Positions 18,369-27,753 of a DNA stretch of 64,000 nucleotides are shown here, piece after piece. The DNA is taken from contig JAVYLK010000001.1 of NCBI GenBank assembly GCA_038740895.1, forward strand, positions 105,490 through 169,489. Reading direction: 5' to 3'. Source of the stretch: Candidatus Caldarchaeum sp. Its GTDB lineage: Archaea > Thermoproteota > Nitrososphaeria_A > Caldarchaeales > Caldarchaeaceae. The position numbers and the translations under genes are program-made. Numbering within the stretch: the stretch's first letter is position 1; the number at the start of each line of letters is the position of its first letter. The notes below the pieces were generated by a model. That model made no database searches. It saw only the letters and a program-made list of their open reading frames with translations, and had not been told where the DNA came from.

Positions 18369-19763
18369 TTAACCAACCCTCCTGAGAAACTCAACGTAGC
18401 TGTCTATGTCCCGCCTGCTGTGTACCTCAGTGACCGCCGTAAGTATTGCGTCACCGAGCTTGGGGTAGCCCGGCCCGAGCCTCAGCCCGCCGACGATTCC
18501 ATGCTCGAGGAGGTGCTCAAGAACTCTCGAGCATTCAACGCCCTCGACACGATAGGCGAACTCCATGTAGTGAGGTGCTTCGGTGAAAGGTATTCTTATG
18601 CCTTGAACCTTATTCAGCTTCTCCATGAAGTAGCTTGTTTTGTCGAAGATGTGTCTGGCCAAGTCTCTCAGCCCGTTCTTTCCCAGAAGGGAGAGGTAGG
18701 CGGCTGCTGCCACCGCGCAAAGCGCCTGGTTCGTGCAGATGTTGGAAGTTGCTTTCTCCCTTTTAATGTCCTGCTCTCTAGCTCTCAGGATCATGGTGAA
18801 TGCTCGTTTTCCGTCTGTCAAAGTTTCAGTCATGCCCACAAGCCTTCCGGGCATGGTGTGGACGAGCCTCCGCTCGTACCGGCATCCGAGGATCCCGAGT
18901 AGAGGTCCTCCAAAGCTCATCGGAAGACCCAGCGGCTGTCCCTCCCCCACAACCACGTCGGCCCCATACTCGCCGGGAGGGGTGAAGAGGCCGAGGGAGG
19001 TCGGCTCTGCACCCACGACGAAAAGGGCTCCAGAGTCGTGCGCTATCTCTCCAACAGCCCTCACATTCCTGACAACGGCTCCAACGTAGCTCGGGTTCTC
19101 AACATAGACCACAGATGTTTCGTTGTCTATTGTGTTCTTTAGGCTTTCCTCGTCTACGAACGCCTTGTAGTCCATGGGTATGGTCTCTATTTTCATGCCG
19201 AGGGGTTGTGTGTAGGTTTTTGCCACTCTCAAGCGTTCCGGGCTGCTTAGCTCCGCGACCAAAACCTTTCTACGGCCGTTGTACCGGTTCGCCATCCGTA
19301 AAGCCTCTCCCAGGGCCGTCGCCCAGTCATACATCGATGAGTTTACTACGTCCACGCCGTAGAGGTCTGCTGCAAGGCTTTGGAACTCGAACAAGGCCGT
19401 AAGCATCCCCTGCGAGGCCTCCGGCTGGTATGGTGTGTAGCTGGTCAGGAACTCAGACCTCGAAACTATCTCCTTGACGGCGGCTGGAACGTAGTGGGGC
19501 CAAACACCTCCTCCTATGAACAGCTTCAACCCTGTCTTGTTCTTGCCAAGTATGCTTCTAATGCTTTCGACAACCTCCTGCTCCGACAAGCCAGGCCCTA
19601 AAGCCGGAGGGCTGGGCAGGATATACTTGGACGGTATGTCTGAGTACAGGTCCATGGGGCTTGAAACACCTATAGCCTCGAGCATCTTCCGCAAGTCTTC
19701 GTCCGTGTGATGGCTGAGGTAAGGAGCTTTCTCAACCATGTTCGTGTACAAGACCAATATCAA
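18369..19763 (-). CDS. gcvPA: Glycine dehydrogenase (decarboxylating) subunit 1
   Basis: 464 aa. N-terminal SHHTDEDLRKMLEAIG, TSYTPYQPEASQG. Directly abuts gcvPB. Confidence 0.9.
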   Translation of the reverse strand: MILVLYTNMVEKAPYLSHHTDEDLRKMLEAIGVSSPMDLYSDIPSKYILPSPPALGPGLSEQEVVESIRSILGKNKTGLKLFIGGGVWPHYVPAAVKEIVSRSEFLTSYTPYQPEASQGMLTALFEFQSLAADLYGVDVVNSSMYDWATALGEALRMANRYNGRRKVLVAELSSPERLRVAKTYTQPLGMKIETIPMDYKAFVDEESLKNTIDNETSVVYVENPSYVGAVVRNVRAVGEIAHDSGALFVVGAEPTSLGLFTPPGEYGADVVVGEGQPLGLPMSFGGPLLGILGCRYERRLVHTMPGRLVGMTETLTDGKRAFTMILRAREQDIKREKATSNICTNQALCAVAAAAYLSLLGKNGLRDLARHIFDKTSYFMEKLNKVQGIRIPFTEAPHYMEFAYRVEGVECSRVLEHLLEHGIVGGLRLGPGYPKLGDAILTAVTEVHSRRDIDSYVEFLRRVG

Positions 19764-19812
19764 GACACCTAATAGCGATAGCGTTTAAAGCAAGCCTCCT
19801 CAAACCACCTGC

Positions 19813-20493
19813 ATGAACCTCAGCTTTCCATCGATAATACTCAACTTCAAGTCCTACAGGGAGGCAATCGGCAGGCGAGGGGTTGAGCTAGCCAAGACGG
19901 CTGAAAGGGTTTCGTCGGGGACAGGAGTCCAGGTAGTCGTCTGCCCTAACATCGTCAACCTAGAGACCGTTGCGAAAACCGTGTCCGTACCGGTTCTCGC
20001 TCAACACTGCGACCCATTCGAAGCAGGGCCCTACACAGGGGCTGTGGTCGCTGAATCCCTCAAAGAAATAGGAGTTGCAGGGTCTCTGCTCAACCATTCT
20101 GAGAAAAGGCTCAAGCTCTCAGAAATCGCATCGACTGTCGCAAGGCTGAGGAGCCTCGGCCTAGCTTCTGTTGTCTGCGCCGACGAGGTGCAGGCCGCTG
20201 CCTCCGCTGCTGCGCTGGAGCCCGAGGCCTTAGCTGTCGAACCACCCGAGTTGATAGGTACTGGTGTTTCGGTGTCGACCGCCAGGCCTGAGGTTGTGTC
20301 CGGCGCCGTTGTAAAAGTGAAGAAGGTCAGCATGCGTGTTCATGTTCTCTGCGGAGCAGGTGTCTCGAGCGAGGACGACGTCAGGAAGGCTCTGGAGCTG
20401 GGGGCTGAAGGAGTCCTACTCTCTAGCGCATACGTCAAGAGCCGAGACCCGGAGAAGCTTCTAAGAGCGATGTGCCGAGCTATGCTAGTGTGA
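19813..20493 (+). CDS. tpiA: Triosephosphate isomerase (archaeal short type)
   Basis: 226 aa. N-terminal IILNFKSY, a catalytic His region, and the short archaeal length. Confidence 0.85.
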   Translation: MNLSFPSIILNFKSYREAIGRRGVELAKTAERVSSGTGVQVVVCPNIVNLETVAKTVSVPVLAQHCDPFEAGPYTGAVVAESLKEIGVAGSLLNHSEKRLKLSEIASTVARLRSLGLASVVCADEVQAAASAAALEPEALAVEPPELIGTGVSVSTARPEVVSGAVVKVKKVSMRVHVLCGAGVSSEDDVRKALELGAEGVLLSSAYVKSRDPEKLLRAMCRAMLV

Positions 20494-20898
20494 AGACACT
20501 TCATACCAGATGCTCTTTCCCGAGGCGTCGAAGACGTGAAAATCACTCTCGTTCATGTAGGGAGGCGTGACGATGACCATGATTCTGCCGATGAAGTTGT
20601 TCAAGTCTTCGACGGAGGGCCGGCCCGCCCCCGATGGATGCGAGTGTGCGATGCCTAGGACGCTAAGGTCGATGGGCAGGGCGAAGGGGTTGAAGGAAGA
20701 AAAGTCCTCGCCGTAAACCGACTGCGGCGGAAGCGAAACCTCCTCGACAACCACGACGTTTTTACCGTGTCTTCCGTGCAGAAGAGCTATAACCTCGTTG
20801 GGATGAACCTCCCTAGCCATGGCCAGAACAAGTTCAAAGCAGTCCCTTTTTATAACGACCTTCTCCACCATGTCGTCATTTTCTCGGCCTTCTAACAC
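20485..20898 (-). CDS. JAMM/MPN+ metalloprotease domain protein (Mov34 family)
   Basis: 137 aa. JAMM motif ...E...HSHPSGAGRPSVEDL (HxHx7Sx2D) present. Confidence 0.75.
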   Translation of the reverse strand: MLEGRENDDMVEKVVIKRDCFELVLAMAREVHPNEVIALLHGRHGKNVVVVEEVSLPPQSVYGEDFSSFNPFALPIDLSVLGIAHSHPSGAGRPSVEDLNNFIGRIMVIVTPPYMNESDFHVFDASGKSIWYEVSSH

Positions 20899-21508
20899 CC
20901 TCCACTATGTACTCGACGGAGTCGCCGATGTAGGTAGCGTGGTCAGCTATACGCTCAAGATAACGGAGCATCAGCATTACAGCCATGTCGCATTTCTTCG
21001 AACCCGCCTGCTTTATGCTCTGGTCGACATGGTCTCGGTAGGCTCGGTCTATGAAAGAGTCTAGCTTTTCAAGCTCATCAACCAAGTCAACCTTTTTCTC
21101 TATGAAGCTCTTGATGCTTATATCAAGCATCCTCTTAACTATGGAGCTCACCTCCGAAACAACTTGCTTCTCACAATCCTTCAGATCGCCGAAGGTCGGT
21201 ATAATCTGGGCGATGTCGTAAGCGTACCTGCCGAAGCGTGAAAACCCGTAGGCCACCTCCATAGCCGACCTCAAGAACCTCAAGTCTCCGGCGACGGGCT
21301 GGTACCTAGCTATGAGCTCTACCGACATGTCGGAGACCTCGTCCTGCAGCCAGCGCAGCTTCTCAGAGAGTCCGAAAACCTCTTCCTGAAGGTTTATTCC
21401 CTCCATGAAGCTTTTTACAGCAAGGTCGACAGCCTTCATGCTTAGCTCAGCCATGTCGCTCAGCATGTTTACAACCCTTTCCAGACCGATGTCCATTAAC
21501 CGGGGCAT
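20876..21508 (-). CDS. phoU: Phosphate transport system regulator PhoU
   Basis: 210 aa. Two PhoU repeats. Last gene of the pst operon, overlapping the JAMM gene start by 23 nt. Confidence 0.8.
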   Translation of the reverse strand: MPRLMDIGLERVVNMLSDMAELSMKAVDLAVKSFMEGINLQEEVFGLSEKLRWLQDEVSDMSVELIARYQPVAGDLRFLRSAMEVAYGFSRFGRYAYDIAQIIPTFGDLKDCEKQVVSEVSSIVKRMLDISIKSFIEKKVDLVDELEKLDSFIDRAYRDHVDQSIKQAGSKKCDMAVMLMLRYLERIADHATYIGDSVEYIVEGVRRPRK

Positions 21509-21512
21509 TTCC

Positions 21513-22340
21513 TCACCCTATTCTGCCGGAAATGTAGTCCTCTGTTCTCTTGTCTCTCGGGTTTGTGAATATCTCCTTGGTCGGGCCGAATTCTATGAGC
21601 CTGCCTACCATGGACTCGTCGGGCATCATTACAGCCGTGTAATCGGAAACCCTAGCAGCTTGCTGCATATTGTGCGTGACTATGATGATTGTGTAGCTTG
21701 TTGAGATGCTGCGTAGCAGCTGCTCTATCTTAGCGGTCGATATAGGGTCGAGCGAAACCGTCGGCTCATCCAGAAGAATGACTTCAGGGTCTATCGCCAA
21801 GGTCCTGGCGATGCATAGACGCTGCTGCTGCCCGCCTGAAAGAGAGTAGGCTGGCGAGTCTAGCCTGTCCTTGACCTCGTCCCAGAGCGCCGCCTTCTCC
21901 AAAGCGTCCTTGACTTTTTCACGGAGTTGCTGGCCTGTGAGCTTGAACCCGTTTACCTTTAGCCCGAAAGCTACGTTGTCGAAGACAGACATAGGGAACG
22001 GGTTTGGGCGCTGGAAGACCATGCCTATGACGGACCTGACGGCTACGGGGTCGACCTCACGGCTGTAAATATCGACTCCACGGTAAATTACCCTGCCCTC
22101 GACTTTTGCGTCGGGAATCAGGTCGTTCATCCTGTTCAGACACCTAAGAAGCGTAGACTTGCCGCAGCCGGAAGGACCTATGATGGCTGTAATCTTATCC
22201 CTCTCGAACTTGATGTTTATGTCGGCTATGGCTTGCTTTCGTCCATACTTCACCGACAAGCCCACCGTCTCTACAACTACGCGTCCTTCGTACGTCTCCA
22301 GCTTCGACTCCTCCCCCAACACCTGCTTAACCATGCTCAT
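21513..22340 (-). CDS. pstB: Phosphate ABC transporter ATP-binding protein
   Basis: Walker [10 protein letters not shown], signature [15 protein letters not shown], Walker [12 protein letters not shown]. 275 aa, PstB-type C-terminus. Confidence 0.9.
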   Translation of the reverse strand: MSMVKQVLGEESKLETYEGRVVVETVGLSVKYGRKQAIADINIKFERDKITAIIGPSGCGKSTLLRCLNRMNDLIPDAKVEGRVIYRGVDIYSREVDPVAVRSVIGMVFQRPNPFPMSVFDNVAFGLKVNGFKLTGQQLREKVKDALEKAALWDEVKDRLDSPAYSLSGGQQQRLCIARTLAIDPEVILLDEPTVSLDPISTAKIEQLLRSISTSYTIIIVTHNMQQAARVSDYTAVMMPDESMVGRLIEFGPTKEIFTNPRDKRTEDYISGRIG

Positions 22341-23234
22341 TTATAACGTCACCCTTCTTTGGTACCTGTACCTGATGGCTATCGCCGCCGAGTTGAGCGA
22401 AAGGAGCATCAGAAGCAGGACTACTATGGCGGCTGAAGAAAGCTCTTGGAAAGCAGCCTGAGGCCTGCTGACCCAGTTGAAGATCTGGAGGGGCATTACT
22501 GTGAACCTGTCGAAGATGCTCGTGGGGTCCTCACGGATGAACAGAAGCCCGCTAATGACTAGTATGGGCGCCGCCTCCCCTATCGCTCTGGAGATGGCTA
22601 GGATGGCTCCTGTCATCATCATCGGAATGGCTCTAGGCAGTATGATGTACCTCGTTACCTGGAGCTTGGTGGCTCCTAGGGCGTACGCGCCCAGCTTGAG
22701 GGCTTCGGGTACAGTTTTTATGGCTTCGGCTGCGGCGACGGTGACTAGAGGCAGGGTCATGATGGCTAGCGTGAAGGCTCCGGCTATGATCGACCGTCCC
22801 CATCCAAGCCCGTAGGTTAGGATGCTCAAGCCGACAAGGCCGAAAACTACTGAAGGTACCCCTGCAAGGTTGGCCATGTTAAACTCGAGAAAACGTTTCA
22901 GGTACTTATTCTGAGACCATTCGGTCAGGTAGAGAGCGGCAGAGATCCCAAGGGGAACACAGATTAACGCGGCTAGGCTCACCGCCCACAAGCTTCCTAG
23001 GAACGCCGACCTCATTCCCGCCTGGTTGGGGTTGGGTGAAGGATAGTCGAGGATAAGGTTCCAGCTCAGCCTGGTGTAGCCGTTAGACAGAACCGTGAAA
23101 AGCAGAGAGGCGACGGTTGCAACGCCTATGAAAACCCCCAACGACAGTATGAACGGAGTGATGGTGTCAAGCCTCTTCTTCGCACGGTCTCTTCTAGTTA
23201 ACACGACCTTGGTGTTCAGTAGCGTATCTGCCAC
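22341..23234 (-). CDS. pstA: Phosphate ABC transporter permease PstA
   Basis: 297 aa. Six TM segments with the EAA-like loop (RAIGEAAPILV). Confidence 0.85.
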   Translation of the reverse strand: MADTLLNTKVVLTRRDRAKKRLDTITPFILSLGVFIGVATVASLLFTVLSNGYTRLSWNLILDYPSPNPNQAGMRSAFLGSLWAVSLAALICVPLGISAALYLTEWSQNKYLKRFLEFNMANLAGVPSVVFGLVGLSILTYGLGWGRSIIAGAFTLAIMTLPLVTVAAAEAIKTVPEALKLGAYALGATKLQVTRYIILPRAIPMMMTGAILAISRAIGEAAPILVISGLLFIREDPTSIFDRFTVMPLQIFNWVSRPQAAFQELSSAAIVVLLLMLLSLNSAAIAIRYRYQRRVTL

Positions 23235-24136
23235 CTCCTGACTATAGCTAGGGCTACTAGGTTGAATATCATCGTTATGATGAATAGCAGCAAGCCGACG
23301 GCGAATATGGACTGGTACTCGATAGTCCCGTGGGGTGCGTCTCCGGTCGCGACCTGAGCTATGAAAGCCGTCATCGTCTCCATCGACTCACGTGGGTCGA
23401 ACGACATAACTACCCTGAACCCGCCAGCGATGGCCGCTATCATCGTCTCGCCCATAGCTCTAGTGAATGCTAGAATTATTGAGGCTAGGATGCCTGACAA
23501 GGATGCTGGAAGGATAACCCTGAACACCACGTCTATCTTCCTGGCTCCGAGTGCATAAGCGGCTTGTCTAAAGTCCTCGGGGACGGAGTACATGGCATCC
23601 TCGCTCAGAGACGAGACTATCGGAATAATCAACACGCCTATCATCAGCCCGACTGCTAGGGCGCTGTGGATGCCCAGCCCGGGGATGAATGGTCTCAGTA
23701 GAGTGGGTGCTATGAAGTAGAGAGCGAAGTATCCGTAGACAACTGTTGGTATCCCAGCCAACAGCTCGATGACGCTCTTCAAAGGCCTTCTGACGGAGGG
23801 TCTGGCGTACTCGCTCAAGTAAATTGCCGTAGCCAGGCCTGCTGGGACTGCTACGACAAGGGCTATGGCTGAAGTAATAGCTGTTGCGGTCAAGAGCGGA
23901 AGAACACCGAACTTCTTTTCAGCAAACAGAACAGTCCACTCTGTCCCCGTCAAAAACTCGGAGGCGGGTACAACGTTGAAGAAGACGCTGGACTCTAGCA
24001 CAAGAGACCCAACAATAACCATGATGCTGATAAACGCAATAGACGAGGTCAGCAACAAAAATAGGTTGGTGATTTTAGTGTTCCTGTTTCTCCTGCGGAC
24101 GCTTTCGACTATGTTTTCAGGGAAGATCTGGCCCAT
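23216..24136 (-). CDS. pstC: Phosphate ABC transporter permease PstC
   Basis: 306 aa. Polytopic, with EAA-like loop (RAMGETMIAAIAGG). Overlaps pstA by 19 nt. Confidence 0.85.
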   Translation of the reverse strand: MGQIFPENIVESVRRRNRNTKITNLFLLLTSSIAFISIMVIVGSLVLESSVFFNVVPASEFLTGTEWTVLFAEKKFGVLPLLTATAITSAIALVVAVPAGLATAIYLSEYARPSVRRPLKSVIELLAGIPTVVYGYFALYFIAPTLLRPFIPGLGIHSALAVGLMIGVLIIPIVSSLSEDAMYSVPEDFRQAAYALGARKIDVVFRVILPASLSGILASIILAFTRAMGETMIAAIAGGFRVVMSFDPRESMETMTAFIAQVATGDAPHGTIEYQSIFAVGLLLFIITMIFNLVALAIVRRWQIRY

Positions 24137-24147
24137 TCAGGCTTCAC

Positions 24148-25254
24148 TTAGTGCGGTCCAGCCGTTTTGTTTTTGAGGAAAGCCAGCTCGTACAGCCCAT
24201 CGAATACGTCGTTCTTGATCAGTATAGTCGCCTTCGCGTAGTAGTGGTCGGGGAACGGAGTGTACGAGACTTTTTTGGCAAGCTTAGCGCCGTTCTCTAC
24301 GTAGTAGATCACGAATTCCCTGAGAAACGGTTTCATGTCCCATGATTTCTTGTTGACGTATATAAACAATGGCCTCGACAGCGGGTACTGGAACGTGCTT
24401 GCTGTTTGGTCGTTCGGCTCGACGCACTGGCCTCCAGCCCTGTCGTCTCTAACTTGCAGGGCCCTGATCTTCGCCTGGGCTTCTGGGTAGTAGGCGTAGC
24501 CGAAGTATCCGAGGGCATACTTCTCCGCCTCAACTCCTGCAACCAGGACGTTGTCGTCCTCAGAGGCTATAAAGTCCGTCCGGCTGGCCTTGGCTTTTCC
24601 GTTAACCCTTTCCGTGAAGTAGTCAAACGTTCCGGAGTCTGGCCCGGGTCCGTACAGCTTGATAGGCTGGTTCGGCCATTCGGGCCTTACATCCCTCCAA
24701 GTTCTGACTTGGCTGTTGGGCTCCCATATCTTCTTCAGCTCGGAAATGGTTATGCAGTCAACCCAGTCGTTCTGCCTGTTGACCACGACCACTAATGCGT
24801 CTATCGCTACTGGGATTTCTATCCATGAGATACCGTTTTTGACAGCCGATTCGTGTTCGGCGCTTGTTATGGGACGGGATGCGTCGTTGATGTCCGTTTC
24901 TCCGGAGACAAACCTTTTGAACCCTCCGCCTGTTCCAGAAATGCCTACTGATATCGAGACCTTGGGATGTCTTTTCATGAACTCCGTGGCGGCTGCTTCA
25001 GTTATCGGATAAACCGTGCTGGAGCCGTCGATCTCGATCTTGCCCGATAGTTCTAGCGGAGTAGTTTCGACCCTTACTTGGACCGTGGTGGTTAGGGTTC
25101 GTGTTATAGTTGCACCCGTTCCTTGGAGTACAGTAGTCGTGAAAGTCGCCGGTGCTGTGAAGGCAGGGCCTACGAAGATTCCAGCCACCAATCCTATCAC
25201 TAGCGAGGCTACGATTGCTGCCATAGTCGAGGTTGTTACTGCTTTCCTGTTCAT
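24148..25254 (-). CDS. pstS: Phosphate-binding protein PstS, membrane-anchored with Thr-rich linker
   Basis: 368 aa. N-terminal TM/signal anchor, a TTT-rich linker, then a PBP fold (IDGSSTVYPITEAAATEF...). First gene of pstSCAB-phoU. Confidence 0.8.
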   Translation of the reverse strand: MNRKAVTTSTMAAIVASLVIGLVAGIFVGPAFTAPATFTTTVLQGTGATITRTLTTTVQVRVETTPLELSGKIEIDGSSTVYPITEAAATEFMKRHPKVSISVGISGTGGGFKRFVSGETDINDASRPITSAEHESAVKNGISWIEIPVAIDALVVVVNRQNDWVDCITISELKKIWEPNSQVRTWRDVRPEWPNQPIKLYGPGPDSGTFDYFTERVNGKAKASRTDFIASEDDNVLVAGVEAEKYALGYFGYAYYPEAQAKIRALQVRDDRAGGQCVEPNDQTASTFQYPLSRPLFIYVNKKSWDMKPFLREFVIYYVENGAKLAKKVSYTPFPDHYYAKATILIKNDVFDGLYELAFLKNKTAGPH

Positions 25255-25299
25255 GGCGGCCGAAGGCTGTTGAAGTTCAATATATAGATGGAGGGTGTG

Positions 25300-25345
25300 G
25301 AATATTTTCGAACAAAATCCATATATTCATCTATATACCAATACA
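25300..25345. promoter_or_regulatory. Divergent promoter region between pstS and the AbrB/PhoU regulator with two TATA-like boxes
   Basis: AATATATAGA (~25290) and CATCTATATACC (~25330) lie in a 98-nt AT-rich gap. The second box sits ~22 nt upstream of ATG 25353, implying a leaderless mRNA. Confidence 0.4.
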
Positions 25346-25352
25346 GCCAAGC

Positions 25353-26333
25353 ATGGAGGTGTACACCAGGCGCATCCAAAGGACCGGAAGAAGCACCTAC
25401 GTCGTCTCCCTGCCTAAGCAATGGGTCGAGGCCAACAAGCTCAGCCGTTTCGACCAGTTGAAGCTGACAGTAATCGGAGGGGGCGTGCTCATCGCTCCCG
25501 ACAGACCACGGGACGTTGCTCAGGCCGAGATAATGGCGGCCGAGGAAAACACCCCCCTAGACGTGGTGAGGCTCATCTTCTCCAAGTACTTAGCCGGCTA
25601 CAGCAGGATCAAGGTGGTATTCCCAAGCTACGCGCCGGCGACTATCTCGTACCTCAAGGAGGTGATCAGGAGATGGCTTGTGGGAGTGGAGATAGTTGAA
25701 GAGTCTGCTAGGGAGCTGGTGGCTCAGTGCATCCCGATGCATGACAGCCTGCCTGTGAAGACATCGGTCGAAAGGATGGCCGGCATAACCGCTAACATGG
25801 TCAAGGACGCTGTTTCAGCTTTCACCAACGGAGACTTGGGCTTGGCTGAGGAGGTTATCAAACGGGATGACGAGGTGGACCGTTTTTATCACTTTGTAGT
25901 ACGCCAGCTCAACATAGCCGTCAAGGATTACACAACTCTCCGTTCACTGGAGCTGAACGACCCAAGCGAATGCATAGTATACGCCTTGGTGGCCAAAAAC
26001 ATCGAAAGGGCGGCCGACCACGCCGTTTCTATTTGCAAACACACCGTCAGCCTGCAGAGCTACCAGCTCGGAGGCCACGACTTCTCCGACCTGGCTGAGG
26101 AGATAACGAACGTCTTCAAGCGTTCTCTCCAAAGCCTTCTAAACTCAGACCTCCGGCTGGCGAGCAAGACGTTGGAGATGGCGGCTGAGGGTGTTTTGAA
26201 GCTGGAGGCCCTCGCGCGGCGTCCTCACAACTCATGGGTTGAAACTCATTACTTGCTTGTGCTCGGAAGCCTGAGGAGGATCCTAGAATATGCTGAAGAC
26301 ATCGCCGAGGCCGCTGTCAACGTCTCCAGCTAG
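25353..26333 (+). CDS. AbrB/SpoVT-like DNA-binding domain fused to PhoU domains: putative phosphate-responsive transcription regulator
   Basis: N-terminal [26 protein letters not shown] is a swapped-hairpin AbrB-type motif, followed by two PhoU-like helical repeats. Divergent from pstS. Start taken at ATG 25353, not the upstream ORF-track start. Confidence 0.7.
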   Translation: MEVYTRRIQRTGRSTYVVSLPKQWVEANKLSRFDQLKLTVIGGGVLIAPDRPRDVAQAEIMAAEENTPLDVVRLIFSKYLAGYSRIKVVFPSYAPATISYLKEVIRRWLVGVEIVEESARELVAQCIPMHDSLPVKTSVERMAGITANMVKDAVSAFTNGDLGLAEEVIKRDDEVDRFYHFVVRQLNIAVKDYTTLRSLELNDPSECIVYALVAKNIERAADHAVSICKHTVSLQSYQLGGHDFSDLAEEITNVFKRSLQSLLNSDLRLASKTLEMAAEGVLKLEALARRPHNSWVETHYLLVLGSLRRILEYAEDIAEAAVNVSS

Positions 26334-26638
26334 CCTAGATTGTTTATGGTTTTGGCCAGCTTGACGTCATAGGTGCTCAAGCCTCCTAAGTCGTGGGTTG
26401 TCAGCCAGATTTCTACACGGTTGTAGACGTTGAACCATTCGGGATGATGCTGGAGCTTCTCCGCCTCGAGAGCTACTCTCACCATGAAACCCATGGCTTC
26501 GACGAAGTCTCTAAACTCAAAAAGACGGTGGAGCTTACCGCCTCTCAACGACCAGCCGGGTCCAACCAGTTCAGAGATCTTCTCTAATTCCTGCTGAGTT
26601 AGAAGACGGTACTCGTCGCCTTCCATGCAGGCTTCCAC
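26330..26638 (-). CDS. Pterin-4a-carbinolamine dehydratase
   Basis: 102 aa. [36 protein letters not shown] matches the PCD signature. Confidence 0.8.
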   Translation of the reverse strand: MEACMEGDEYRLLTQQELEKISELVGPGWSLRGGKLHRLFEFRDFVEAMGFMVRVALEAEKLQHHPEWFNVYNRVEIWLTTHDLGGLSTYDVKLAKTINNLG

Positions 26639-26670
26639 TGCTAATCGGCTATTATACTATGCGCACTTAC

Positions 26671-27753
26671 TTAATGCACCAGACCGGCTCTGAGGAAGTG
26701 GTCGGCCAGTACAAAGGCAACCACCGCCTCCACTATCGGAACAGCTCGGGGTACCACGCACGGGTCATGCCGGCCTGGAACCACCAAGCTCGTCTCGCTC
26801 ATCGTCGAGAGGTCGACGGTTTTTTGCTGACGAGCTATTGAGGAGGCGGGCTTGAACCCAACCCTAACCAGCAGCGGCATCCCAGTGGTAAGCCCTCCGA
26901 GAACTCCTCCAGCGTTGTTCGTTGCAGTCCTCACTCTTCCCCCCTCGATTATGAAAGGGTCGTTGTTCTCCGACCCAGTGAGCCTAGAGCTCTCGAACCC
27001 ACGGCCGAACTCAACGGCCTTAACTGCGGGAATCGAGAAAAGTGCTCTGCTGAGGTCGGAGTCTATTGAGCTGAATACAGGCTCGCCCAGCCCTACCGGT
27101 AGGTTGAGGGCCATGCACTCTACGATTCCTCCTACGCTGTCTCCCCTATGCCTGCTCTCCAGTATGGCTCTCCTCATCCTCTCAGCCGTTTCGGGGTCGG
27201 GGCATCTCACCTCGTTGCTGTACCGACCAGCCCTAACCTGCTCCACTGTCAACGGCGGGCACTTGATGCCGGCGATCTCATGCGAGTAGGCTAGAACCTC
27301 AACCCCGTACCGTTGCAGGAGCTTCTTCGCAACCGCCCCAGCCATCACAAAGCCGGCGGTGATCCTGGCCGAGAACCTCCCTCCTCCCCTGTAGTCGTTA
27401 AACCCTTTGTACTTAACCCTCGCAGGATAGTCCGCATGACCTGGCCTGGGTTTGTTCAGTATCTGCTGGTAAGGCTTAGAGTCGACGTCCTTGTTCCATA
27501 CGACCATCAAGATGGGTGCTCCCGTCGTGTACCCCTCGTAAACTCCTGAGAGTATCTCAACCCGATCCTCCTCAGCCCTCGTTGTAGTGACTATTGACTG
27601 GCCTGGTTTTCTCCTGTCAAGCTCAACCTGGACCCCCTCCTCCGACACCTCTACTCCAGGCGGGCATCCGTCAATCAGCACACCCACGCATCTTCCATGG
27701 CTTTCGCCGAAGCTTATGACAACGAACCTCTCTCCGATTATGTTGCCCGTCAA
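26671..27753 (-). CDS. aroC: Chorismate synthase
   Basis: 360 aa. N-terminal GESHG, RPGHADY, GGGRFSARITAG motifs. Confidence 0.9.
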   Translation of the reverse strand: MTGNIIGERFVVISFGESHGRCVGVLIDGCPPGVEVSEEGVQVELDRRKPGQSIVTTTRAEEDRVEILSGVYEGYTTGAPILMVVWNKDVDSKPYQQILNKPRPGHADYPARVKYKGFNDYRGGGRFSARITAGFVMAGAVAKKLLQRYGVEVLAYSHEIAGIKCPPLTVEQVRAGRYSNEVRCPDPETAERMRRAILESRHRGDSVGGIVECMALNLPVGLGEPVFSSIDSDLSRALFSIPAVKAVEFGRGFESSRLTGSENNDPFIIEGGRVRTATNNAGGVLGGLTTGMPLLVRVGFKPASSIARQQKTVDLSTMSETSLVVPGRHDPCVVPRAVPIVEAVVAFVLADHFLRAGLVH

